Source: Obrimoposthia wandeli
Taxonomy: Eukaryota
Reading direction: 5' to 3'
NCBI GenBank assembly: GCA_977020255.1
Contig: CDROCS010005890.1
Coordinates: 1-64,000, forward strand
DNA length: 64,000 bases
Below are positions 9,139 to 18,615 of this stretch, in pieces. The notes below the pieces were generated by a model. The model had not been told where the DNA came from. It was given only the letters and a program-made list of their open reading frames with translations, and did no database searches. The position numbers and the translations under genes are program-made. Each line of letters opens with the position of its first letter. Positions within the stretch are counted from its first letter, which is position 1.

Positions 9139-11967
9139 CTACATTTTGTAACTAAAGCCTAACAAGTATGATTTACCATAATCTTGATAATCACGTACTT
9201 GTAGATCACTATCGCCTTGCAATGACGTAAATGGTTCTTCTGTTAAATTGTAGCCTTGTAAGAATATTGATAGACCTTCTAAGTTCTTATATCCAGCCTC
9301 ACCAAAGTCATAGCCAATCTGCGCATCAATAATGGTTTCACCAAGAATTTTAACTTGTTCTGTGTTAAAACCAATACCGTATACATCACCTTTAAAGTCA
9401 TCGCGTTTTCGCATACTGATACGTGCTTGAAAGCCATTTCGTTCATAGTATCCCGTCACGTTTACAATGCTATCGGATAAACCGGGCAATTCAAAGTCGT
9501 TATCATTCTGATCTTTCATATCCGAATCAACGCCAGTGTAACTTGCGATAAGACCGAAACCGTCAAGGTTTTCATGAACCATTTTGAACGGAAAAGTTAC
9601 AGATACTTCATAGCCAGATAACGTGCCGTCACCACCATTAACTTTACCACTGCCTGTCGCACCAGGGTTTTTCGGGATAAGGCCGGTATTAGGATCGGCA
9701 ACACCGACTAAATCAACTTGATAGTTACCATCAAAAATCCATTGTGATAAGTCCTTCCAGAAATAAGCAACTGAAAAATATCCCTCATCACTAAAATAAT
9801 TTTCATAGGTTAAATCTACACCTAGTGCTTCTTTTGGTTCTAACTGCGGATTACCACCACTAATACTCCACAAGTTTCCATTTCCATCTACTCGATTATT
9901 GACCGATGCACTAACAGAAGCATTCATTTCATCTAAGCGTGCACGTGAGATGGTTTTTGCTACACCAAAGCGTAATTTTTGATCATCATCAAGTTTCATC
10001 GAAAGATTTAAACTTGGTAAAAAGTGACTGTAATCATGGCTAATATCTGTTGGGTTAGAAACGATTTCGCCACTTGAATTTGCACCGCTTGCTGTACCTT
10101 TAGAACGAACATCTGTTTTACTATAACGCAAGCCCACATTACCCGTTACTGGGAAACCTGCTATTTCAGCATCAATGTCAGCTTTAACAAATAATGACAT
10201 TACTTTTTCATTAACTGACCATGATTTAGTTGCATGTGTTGAACTCGCCGTATTTTCATTGGTTAGTTCATAAAACCCATCATTAATCAGAGCTCTGGTA
10301 TCATAAGCAACCATGTTACCCATGCCGATAAAGTCTAGCGACACTGAGCCCTGACGATATTCTTCAGGTATGGTCATTCGCGGTTATCAGGATAAGAGAA
10401 TGAAGATAACGTCATAAAAAAACCTTCAGAGACCTTAGTTTTTTCACGTTCGCGATAAGAAGTACCGTAGGTTATTTGAGAAATAAAATCATTATCAAGT
10501 TCTTGTGTGGCAAAAAACTTTAATGCCTTTAACTCATCATCAATGGAAGGTGCGTTAATAAACCCGTCTTGTGCCTGATTTTCATATTCAGTACCTGTAA
10601 GACCAAATTTATCATTGAGCGCACTACTGGCTCCCCATGATAGAGGTCCACCCAACTTAATTAGGTTATAATCACTGTAATCAAGTCCATGAGAGAATTT
10701 TGCTCCCGTATTTCCACCGTCAAAGGTATAACCTATATTATCGGCTGCACCACGGCTATCACCTCGGCCTGTACCCGAATAACTTTCAACACTGTATGTT
10801 TTACGTTCAACTTTTGAATAACTAGCATCAAACTCTAAATCCCAACGATCAGATAGGTCGTATTTACTATTAAAGCCAAATGACATTAAATCAGCTTTAC
10901 GTTCTTCGAAATCATTTCGAACAACAACTCTTTGACCTTGGGTAATAGCACTTGTGACAAAGCCTGTAGATGGATCTACTGTCGCCGTATCGCCAGAAAT
11001 AGAACCTTGTCCCCATGCAAATGGCACTTCTATACCACGCAATATTTTTTCATCAGAAAAGTCGACATATAAGGCATCAAATGTCATCAAAAGCTTTTCA
11101 CTTTTGCTTGCCGAAAAGCGGCCTTTTAACGCATAGGCAGGGAATCACGCTCTAACGTAGAAGAACGAACAAACGGTTTAGCTCCGCCTAAAATAGATCT
11201 TTTAGTACCATCATTTGCCGTGAAATCTGGGTATCCCCACGCATTCCAGCGTTTTTCCTGATTCGGTGAGCTCATTTTTGAGTATGCAAACGCAACACCG
11301 ACAGTGTCATCCGCAAACTTATCCATATAGGCAAATGTTCCACGAAACCCTGCGTCATCACCATCAGGGTTTAATTTATCGAAACTCGTTTTTTCAAATT
11401 GGCCATTAAATTGTAATACACGCTCAGCTTGACCTAATGGTTTAATGGTTTGCATATCAATAACACCAGCAATACCTTCCCCTTCGAGACTAGCATCCGG
11501 TGTTTTATATACAGTAACTCCACTCATAATCTCTGATGGGTATAAATCAAACTCAACACCACGGTTTTCTCCGATAGAAACCTGCTCACGACCATTAAAA
11601 GTCGTAGCACCTTCATCCTCGCCAAAACCACGAATACTAACTTTACTTGCTCGACCGTCTAATCGTTGTGCCGCTAAGCCAGGTAAACGAGCTAATGATT
11701 CAGCAATAGAAGAGTCTGGTAGTTTACCAATATCTTCAGCTGATATAGATTCGACTACGCTAGATGAATAGCGCTTGGTGTTAATTGACTCTATTAAGCT
11801 TCCACGAAAGCCTTTTACTGTAATGACCTCAATGTCTTCTATTTTAGTTTTTTTTGATTCATCTGCCACTTCTTCAGCAAGAGCTGGCAAACTCAAGGCC
11901 CTGCTCACAGGCAGCCCCACGATGGCAAAACCAAGATTAAAATCGGCTTGGTTTTAAAATTTAACAT
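9139..11967 (-). pseudogene. TonB-dependent receptor (putative maltodextrin/alpha-glucan), split by 3 frameshifts
   Basis: ATG at 11967 (MLNFKTKP...) then ORFs 11126..11920 (plug: IEVITVKGFRGSL, ISAEDIGKLPDSSIAESLARLPG), 10374..11090 and 9139..10377 (barrel: GNPQLEP, C-terminal YLLGFSYKM). The pieces are consecutive parts of one receptor, with frame breaks near 11925, 11090-11130 and 10377. Either a real pseudogene or sequencing error. Confidence 0.88.
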
Positions 11968-12101
11968 TCCTGAACTCCCCCAATACATCCTAACAATTAC
12001 GTATTCAACATTCCTGCGCTTTGGTGTACCTAACTAGCTTATATTTTCTTTGAACTTTTTGGAACATTCTAATAGAGAGAATTGCTACATTGAATACCAC
12101 C

Positions 12102-12115
12102 TGCATACGTATTCA
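12102..12115. promoter_or_regulatory. LacI-type palindromic operator TGCATACGTATTCA upstream of the TonB receptor
   Basis: Central CG palindrome; matches the copies at 7485, 7504 and 12297. Confidence 0.7.
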
Positions 12116-12296
12116 TAAGCTTGCAGTAAAAGCTAACTTATTGAAAAAATATCTAATTATTGTGATGCCCGAGGTACTACAAAAACAGAAAAGTTAATTT
12201 TACACCTTATTAACAGTAACTTAACTACAAATCACTTGATTCACAATGCTTGATTCACAATAGATAGGATGGAAAAATTTCATTTGAATATCGCTC

Positions 12297-12310
12297 TGAA
12301 TACGTATGTA
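12297..12310. promoter_or_regulatory. LacI-type palindromic operator TGAATACGTATGTA
   Basis: Fourth copy of the same 14-mer in this alpha-glucan locus. Confidence 0.65.
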
Positions 12311-12711
12311 ACACGCCAGCATATTTTCACAGTTTTATGTAAGTTACTCTTAATTTTTGCAATTGACTTGACGTTATGAGACCTGAGCTTACTTATACTG
12401 TTTATTATTCATCTAAACTCTACCAGAACTCGATATATGTAGCAGGATTAATCAAGATACATCTTAGATCAAAATATTAACTTTAAAAGATAGAAAATAG
12501 TACTCGACTAATCAGTGTTTTACCTAGATTTTATCATTAAGAAAGAAATCATGAATTGATAAAATAAGCAATTACTCTTATGGGTTATGATGATTTTTTG
12601 ATTTTATTTTGTGCTGACACATTACAAGTATGAATGGAGCTTTAGTATTAGAGGCTTAGTGCTATTGAGCTAACGTTATAACAACGACCCTATACATTCG
12701 TCATACAGTTA

Positions 12712-13259
12712 TACACCCAAGCCACTTGAAGGTGCAGGATTGTGCAAGTCGAGAAAGGGGTAGCGCCAAGGCATTGATTGAAGACGAAACCATGGATGGT
12801 GAAGGTAGAGCGAAGCAGGATGCCAGAGCCGAGAATGGTTGTTCCATTATCAAAATCAATAACGCCACAGATGCCCCTTTATCGCCTTGCCCGAAGGGAG
12901 CTAAGCTAGAAAACCAGCTCCGCGTTGCATACCTGGATATGTACGTAGCTTTTGTCTGGAACAAAAAGCTGTGCATACACGGATGTATGCCCAGCTTTGT
13001 CTGGAACAGCTGTACTTGGATGATGATGTATGTGCCAGCTTTTTGTCTGGAGTCAGCTGATTGCATACACGGATGTATGTACTTAGCTTTTGCCTGGAGC
13101 AAAAAAGCTGTGCATACACGGATGTATGTACTTAGCTTTTGCCTGGAGCAAAAAAGCTGTGCAGCACTTGATAAGGGAATAACCATTGTCTTCGTGCTGC
13201 GCCTTGACCTGATTTCCTAGCTTAGCTCTGAAACTGCATCTTCAAGTGGTTTGGGTATA
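12712..13259 (+). mobile_element. ERIC-like miniature inverted-repeat element, copy B (complete, 548 bp)
   Basis: 26-bp terminal inverted repeats: TACACCCAAGCCACTTGAAGGTGCAG and CTGCATCTTCAAGTGGTTTGGGTATA (3 mismatches), with TA at both ends. No transposase. The interior is shared with copies at 356, 18791 and 56820. Confidence 0.9.
12927..13160 (+). repeat. Five tandem units of 41-49 bp inside element B, each with two GGA motifs, mostly in hairpin loops
   Basis: Units at 12927, 12973, 13014, 13063 and 13112. The last two are identical 49-mers, GCATACACGGATGTATGTACTTAGCTTTTGCCTGGAGCAAAAAAGCTGT. There are no unique spacers. Confidence 0.9.
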
Positions 13260-13277
13260 TGTCAGCTCACAGCGAGG

Positions 13278-13742
13278 TCAGTTAACAGTGAAGGTCAATA
13301 TGTCGGTTTGGCATTGGCAGATACTCATAGGCATATCATTTTTAATAATTTGCAGTGTTTTTTTATTTAACTGTATTTTGTATTTTCCTGAACGTAAACT
13401 GTAAACAGAGCTTAAATCGAGCAAGGTGCCGACATTGCCTCCGGCTCTGATCAACTGATAATCAAACGCGCTAGGTTTAGTGCGATTTTCGACAAGCCCT
13501 TGATACGGAACTGGTTGCTCATACTGGTCTTCGATGATAAATAGTGCGGAATAGAAGCCTTCTAGTGGCGTATTCCAAGTTAGAACAGATAAATCATCCT
13601 CACTATTATTTAATAAAACAAAATCAATAAAAACACCGTCGGCTATATTTTGGCCTGAATTAATGTGTAGTCTATAACTCATAGGGGGTTGTTCAATTTC
13701 AAAGGTCTCACTTTTAGATTCTGCAAGTACAACGGCCGCCAT
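13278..13742 (-). CDS. Hypothetical protein resembling the stand-alone N-terminal (pro)domain of M35/lysine-specific metalloendopeptidases
   Basis: FVLLNNSEDDLSVLTWNTPLEG...PVPYQG...PSAFDYQLIRAG...LDLSSVYSL pattern. No HExxH catalytic domain. AAGGAG RBS. Confidence 0.6.
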   Translation of the reverse strand: MAAVVLAESKSETFEIEQPPMSYRLHINSGQNIADGVFIDFVLLNNSEDDLSVLTWNTPLEGFYSALFIIEDQYEQPVPYQGLVENRTKPSAFDYQLIRAGGNVGTLLDLSSVYSLRSGKYKIQLNKKTLQIIKNDMPMSICQCQTDILTFTVN

Positions 13743-14136
13743 ATTAATTGTGCTCCTTATTTTTACTGAGTAATCACTTGTCCTATAAGCGGTGAAATGC
13801 TAACACTAGCTTTAACGCGTTAGTATCCATCACGACTTAACAGGAAAATTCCATTTACAGGTTAAGTAAAGCACCAATTTTAATAAACGGTACAATTAAT
13901 AGCATTTAATTAAGTCCGAACTGTTTAAGGCCAATGAATACTACAAAGTAAAATTAACAGCCGACTACCGATAAATAACTAAAGATTTATGCAGCACTTG
14001 TTTGAATGTGAATTTGTAGAATGTAAATCAAATTTTAATTATTTTAGTTTTCTTTAATTGTTAGCTGTGGACTTTTCGCTTAAATAACGGCTTAATAAGC
14101 AGTCTTTCCTCTTCTTCTGTAAATAGCATTACCCTG

Positions 14137-15012
14137 ATGAACAGCAATTATTATTATCCTAGTTTACTATTTTATCTCTTGTTACTTTTTAGCTTACCAC
14201 TACAGGCTAGCTCTTTTTCAACCTCAAAAACTAATACTGCAAAAGGCATAACTTATGCTGGCTCTGAGCAAAATGGCTACCCCATTAAGCTTTTAAAGCA
14301 TGCTTTAAGTTATGACAATAGCACCGATTATCGATTTGCCAATTTGGGTAAAAACTTACCAAAAATGCGAGCGTTTAATTTATTAGGTAAAGCTAATGGC
14401 ATAGATGTGGTGGTTGGTGGTGCAACAATGGAGCGTGAACGATTAGCGTTACCCATACGTTTTCCTATCATGCAAGGTTTGTTCGGTTGGCGCATCGCGC
14501 TTGTTCATCAGGACAATAAAAATATGTTTAAAGGTATTAAAAAATTAAAACATTTTAAGAAATTTAGCGCCCTACAGTTTCACACTTGGTCTGACAGCGA
14601 AACGTTACTCTCAAACGACATTAAGCTCATTAAGGGGACTGATGTCGAAGGTTTGTACATGATGTTAGACAAAAAAAGAGCTGATTACTTTCCACGTTCA
14701 GTACTAGAAATTGATGACGACCTAGCCAAACACCAACATTTAGCGATAGAAAAAGAAAGAAACATGCTGATTTGGTATCCAAAAGCGGTTTATTTCTATG
14801 TCGGTAAAAATCAAACTGCATTAGCGGCAAGTATTCGTCAGGGTCTGGAGTTATCGCTTAGTGATGGCAGTTTTAAAGCACTTTTTATGCAATATTACGG
14901 CGATATCATCTCGACATTACAAGCCGAAAAAAGACATGTATTTAAGCTTAACAACCCATTTTTATCACCTTTAACACCGCTAGACCGCGCCGAACTTTGG
15001 TTGAACTTATAG
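14137..15012 (+). CDS. Periplasmic binding protein type-2 fold (transporter substrate-binding domain protein)
   Basis: Signal peptide; PIRFPIMQGLFGWRIALV, MLDKKRADYFPRSVLE and IWYPKAVYFYV, typical of this Alteromonadales-expanded family. Confidence 0.75.
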   Translation: MNSNYYYPSLLFYLLLLFSLPLQASSFSTSKTNTAKGITYAGSEQNGYPIKLLKHALSYDNSTDYRFANLGKNLPKMRAFNLLGKANGIDVVVGGATMERERLALPIRFPIMQGLFGWRIALVHQDNKNMFKGIKKLKHFKKFSALQFHTWSDSETLLSNDIKLIKGTDVEGLYMMLDKKRADYFPRSVLEIDDDLAKHQHLAIEKERNMLIWYPKAVYFYVGKNQTALAASIRQGLELSLSDGSFKALFMQYYGDIISTLQAEKRHVFKLNNPFLSPLTPLDRAELWLNL

Positions 15013-15049
15013 ACTTCACTGCATAAGGATAACGAAAAAATATCATATT

Positions 15050-15086
15050 TATACCAAGTCGCGAAGATGCAGTTTCAAACTGGTAC
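15050..15086. repeat. Degenerate minimal ERIC-like element (fused ends)
   Basis: TATACCAAGTCGCGAAGATGCAG-TTTCAAACTGGTA aligns loosely with the 46-bp minimal copy at 58885. Confidence 0.5.
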
Positions 15087-15606
15087 TCAGATAGTATCTA
15101 TTCAAATCGACTCAATATAATTAACGCCTTATTTGACAACAAATGCCAAGAATAAATATCAATAACAAGCACGCTAAGTGAACGTTGGCGAATCGAAAAT
15201 ATAATTTCAGCGCTCAATACAGTCGACAAATAAGAATGCTCACAAATCAAAAATAGAAATAACGAAATAAATTCATAACAGTGTCTAATACACGAATACT
15301 CCCCCCTTTAAAAAATGTTCACTTACATAACATTTTACAAATTTCAACTTTAAGCGTTTGTTAAATTAACGTAAAATCATCAGTATGTTATAGCTATGAA
15401 TAGCTTGTACCGCATCAATTAAGCATGATATAGGTCACTAGAAATCTATGGTGATGAACAACACCTCATTGTGAAGCAGTATTAATTCCTAAATGAGATA
15501 ATACCTTCAGCGGTTAGATGCATTAGACAATAAATCTATAACTCAATATCGTTAATCGACGTATTTAATAGAATTAACGCAATGGATGATTACAAAAGGA
15601 TAACTT

Positions 15607-16788
15607 GTGAGAACGTCACTAAAATACCGTTTACTATTTTTGCTTATTACCATAACTTGCTACTACTTAGGTTTTAGCTTTATACCTGAGCGCACGGATA
15701 CAGCATTAGGGTTCACCCCAGTTATTGTCGCCAGCGTGATTTATTTCGCTGTGTTACCTGTGCTTTATTGGTTTATGATCATAAAAGCCGGTAAACAAAA
15801 AGCATGGAAGCTGCTAATAATACTCAGCCTTTCTAGCACCGTTGCACGTTATAGCTATCCTGAGGCTATAGCACAATATTTCGACTTTATTCTCTGGCTG
15901 CGCTATCCCATTATGGCCATTTTACTGATCATTGAACTTTATCTTATTGTTATTATTGTCAAAAGTTTGTGGCAAGCGCGTAATCTATCAGGCGATCCAC
16001 GTATCGGTGCCATTGAAAAATATGATGATGATAAAAAACAAGGCTTAGCGCTCACCTTTGCTACAGAGCCTGCCAGTTGGTATTACGCTATCCCTCGCTT
16101 ATCTAGAAAGCATATTAAGTCTGTAGATAACATTATATTATGGTCGGGAAAAGCTTGGCATTTTTTCATGATCTCGGCGTTATTAGTGGCTATTTCGATA
16201 TTGGGTTATCAGTTACTCGTAGATTGGAGCCAGACCGCTGCAATTATGCTTGCCACATTCATTTTATATAGTTTCATTTTACTGACGGCAAACTATCGTT
16301 TGTCTCGTCATCATTCACTTTATATTCAAGACGATAAGCTAGTCATCAACAACAGTATTTTTAACTTTATGGTGGTCCCGCTCGATAGCATTGCTTCTGT
16401 TTCGCTTAATACAAGCCACGAAACAGTTGTTGAAGGAAGCGCTTCTAGCGTTGAAGATAATACTGACCTTGGCACTGAGATTAACACTGACATTATGGCT
16501 GATATTAATGTTGATACTAGTACTGACACTGAAGCTAATGTCGATAAGGCAAATAGCGATTTAAGTGATGACTACGTCGCGCATAATCCCCCTATTGATG
16601 AACGCTTAAAAATTGGTCGGGGTAAGCAACACAATATTAAAATCACCTTCAAACAACCGATAAAATATTGGGGCATGATGGGCTCTTTTGTTGAGTCATT
16701 CGATGAAGTTTTACTCAAGGTTGAACAACCAACACAGGTCATTAACGCTTTGGCACAAATTAATTCACCACAGCCACAAGTTGCTTGA
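15607..16788 (+). CDS. Hypothetical integral membrane protein with an acidic 4-residue repeat insert
   Basis: About 6 hydrophobic segments; NTDL-GTEI-NTDI-MADI-NVDT-STDT repeat encoded at 16459-16530. Confidence 0.8.
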   Translation: MRTSLKYRLLFLLITITCYYLGFSFIPERTDTALGFTPVIVASVIYFAVLPVLYWFMIIKAGKQKAWKLLIILSLSSTVARYSYPEAIAQYFDFILWLRYPIMAILLIIELYLIVIIVKSLWQARNLSGDPRIGAIEKYDDDKKQGLALTFATEPASWYYAIPRLSRKHIKSVDNIILWSGKAWHFFMISALLVAISILGYQLLVDWSQTAAIMLATFILYSFILLTANYRLSRHHSLYIQDDKLVINNSIFNFMVVPLDSIASVSLNTSHETVVEGSASSVEDNTDLGTEINTDIMADINVDTSTDTEANVDKANSDLSDDYVAHNPPIDERLKIGRGKQHNIKITFKQPIKYWGMMGSFVESFDEVLLKVEQPTQVINALAQINSPQPQVA

Positions 16789-16869
16789 TAGAATGTCGCC
16801 ATTAAGCGCTTACTTAACAGGGTAATCGCTTAAGCAACATTCGTCATAAGCAACATTAAGGGTTACGCT

Positions 16870-17658
16870 TTGCAACATTTAGTTTGGGACCTTGATCCCG
16901 TATTTTTCTCCATCGGACCACTGACAGTACATTGGTATGGTGTATTATTCGCTGCCGCTATTTTATCGGGTTTGCAAGTGATGAAGTGGATTTTTCAAAC
17001 CGAAAAACAAGACATCGTCGCACTCGATAATTTATTAGTCTATATCGTCATTGGTGTCATTATTGGCGCGCGTTTAGGGCATTGTTTTTTCTATGATCCT
17101 GGTTATTACTTTGCCAACCCACTGAAAATACTTGCTATTTGGGAAGGAGGCTTAGCCAGCCATGGTGGTGGTTTAGGTGCCATAATTGCTGCGGGTATTT
17201 ACAGTAGAAAGCACCAAATGAACTTTATGTGGTTGCTCGATAGATTAGCTATTTGTACTGCATTATTCGGCTTTTTTGTTCGTAGTGCTAACTTTGTTAA
17301 TTCTGAGATTTTAGGCACAGCAAGTAATGTGCCTTGGGCCGTCATTTTTTCTCGTATCGATAACGTCGCTCGCCACCCTTCTCAACTGTATGAAGCCTTT
17401 GCGTATTTGACCATATTTTTTGTTTTGATGATTTTTTATAAACGTAAAAAAGCACAAACACCACAAGGTTCTATTTTAGGTATTTTCCTAATTCTAATTT
17501 TTACCGCGCGTTTTCTTATTGAAATGTTAAAAGAGAAACAAGCAGCTTACGCCGCTGACATTACATTAACAGCCGGTCAAATGTTAAGTATTCCATTTTT
17601 TATCGCTGGTGTTTTGTTAGTTATTTGGTCAATTAAAAACAACAAACAAGGCAAATAA
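16870..17658 (+). CDS. lgt: Prolipoprotein diacylglyceryl transferase
   Basis: Motifs VHWYG, IGARLGH, WEGGLASHGG, ANFVNSEILG and RHPSQLYEA. Confidence 0.95.
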   Translation: MQHLVWDLDPVFFSIGPLTVHWYGVLFAAAILSGLQVMKWIFQTEKQDIVALDNLLVYIVIGVIIGARLGHCFFYDPGYYFANPLKILAIWEGGLASHGGGLGAIIAAGIYSRKHQMNFMWLLDRLAICTALFGFFVRSANFVNSEILGTASNVPWAVIFSRIDNVARHPSQLYEAFAYLTIFFVLMIFYKRKKAQTPQGSILGIFLILIFTARFLIEMLKEKQAAYAADITLTAGQMLSIPFFIAGVLLVIWSIKNNKQGK

Positions 17659-17743
17659 TCCTAGCGGTTAATATAGATACCCCGGTAGTTAGCACCATTG
17701 GGGAAAAACAAAAGCTTGATTAATAAAATATGGTTATAAATTT

Positions 17744-18541
17744 ATGAGTAAAAAGTATTACGTGGTATGGAAAGGCGCAAAAACCGGTGTATTTGAGCAG
17801 TGGAATGATGTTAAAAGCCATACTCAAGGACGCGCAGATGCACAATATATGGGTTTTCCATCCAAAGCAGAAGCTGAACTTGCTTTTCAATCAACTTATA
17901 CAAAAGCACTCACAAAGCGCTCAATGAGTAAAAGTAGTGGTGCTAAACCTGCAGCTTCTGCAGCATATGTTAAATCTGACAACGCTGGAACAAGCCAGAG
18001 TGCATCGTCAGTAAAACAAGTGGCTGATGTTAATATTTATTGCGATGGTGCCTGCTCACCTAACCCTGGAAAATCAGGAACAGGTATGGCGGTTTACCAA
18101 CAAACGCAGCTTATTGAGCTTTGGTATGGTTTATATGAACCAATGGGAACCAATAATACTGCTGAGCTTAATGGTATGTTAGCGGCTTTTAAATACGCAC
18201 AATCACATATTAAGCAAGGTAAAACGGTACAGGTATTGTCTGATTCTAAGTATTCGATTGATTGCATTACCAAGTGGGCTAAAGGTTGGCAAGCAAAAGG
18301 TTGGACACGTGGTAAAGGCGAAGAAATTAAAAATCTTGAAGTGATCAAGCAATGTTTCACGCTTTATCAAGCATTGAAAGCAAACTTAATTATTAGCCAC
18401 GTCAAAGGACACGCGAATATTGAAGGCAACGAACTTTCTGACAGAATGGCCGTGTTAGCCCGTGTAAAATGTACAAAAGGCTTTGTGCAATACCAAGAGA
18501 CTCTTGATATCAAAACTATCTTAGCGATGGTTTCAGGCTAA
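17744..18541 (+). CDS. rnhA: Ribonuclease HI with an N-terminal hybrid-binding (Cauli_VI/viroplasmin-like) domain
   Basis: N-terminus KKYYVVWKGAKTGVFEQW. RNase H domain with YCDGACSPNPG, TNNTAEL, SDSKY and HVKGH...GNELSD (D-E-D-D intact). Confidence 0.9.
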   Translation: MSKKYYVVWKGAKTGVFEQWNDVKSHTQGRADAQYMGFPSKAEAELAFQSTYTKALTKRSMSKSSGAKPAASAAYVKSDNAGTSQSASSVKQVADVNIYCDGACSPNPGKSGTGMAVYQQTQLIELWYGLYEPMGTNNTAELNGMLAAFKYAQSHIKQGKTVQVLSDSKYSIDCITKWAKGWQAKGWTRGKGEEIKNLEVIKQCFTLYQALKANLIISHVKGHANIEGNELSDRMAVLARVKCTKGFVQYQETLDIKTILAMVSG

Positions 18542-18575
18542 CGCATAAGATAGTTAACATAACTGAACAGTACAT

Positions 18576-18606
18576 AAAAAAGGCAGCTTAATCGCTGCCT
18601 TTTTTA
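18576..18606. terminator. Bidirectional intrinsic terminator
   Basis: A6-AGGCAGC...GCTGCCT-T tract between convergent rnhA and the AhpC-like pseudogene. Confidence 0.85.
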
Positions 18607-18615
18607 TACCAGAAT

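Noticed and set aside
2956-11957. Short ORFs antisense or out of frame within the GH13, halogenase and receptor genes (e.g. 2956..3177, 4137..4445, 8182..8442, 11445..11771)
   Set aside because: Shadow ORFs overlapping well-supported genes.
12338-12354. UvrY/GacA box (TGTAAG-TTACT-CTTAAT) that might drive a CsrB-like transcript
   Set aside because: The spacing is N5 instead of N6, there are two mismatches in the right half, and it is about 360 bp from the element. Too weak to count as support.
12927-13160. CRISPR array
   Set aside because: The units are contiguous tandem copies with no unique spacers, lie inside a TIR-bounded element, and no cas genes are in the window.
12701-13220. ORFs 12701..13186, 12726..13220 and 12901..13119, and likewise 417..602, 18807..19055, 56816..57127 and 57009..57317
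   Set aside because: They lie within the repeat elements, their frames differ between copies, the repeat units are not multiples of 3, and there is no RBS or recognisable domain. Treated as incidental.
15110-15310. Possible decayed small membrane gene on the minus strand after a G-rich RBS
   Set aside because: Multiple stops and no recognisable motif; cannot be distinguished from AT-rich intergenic DNA.
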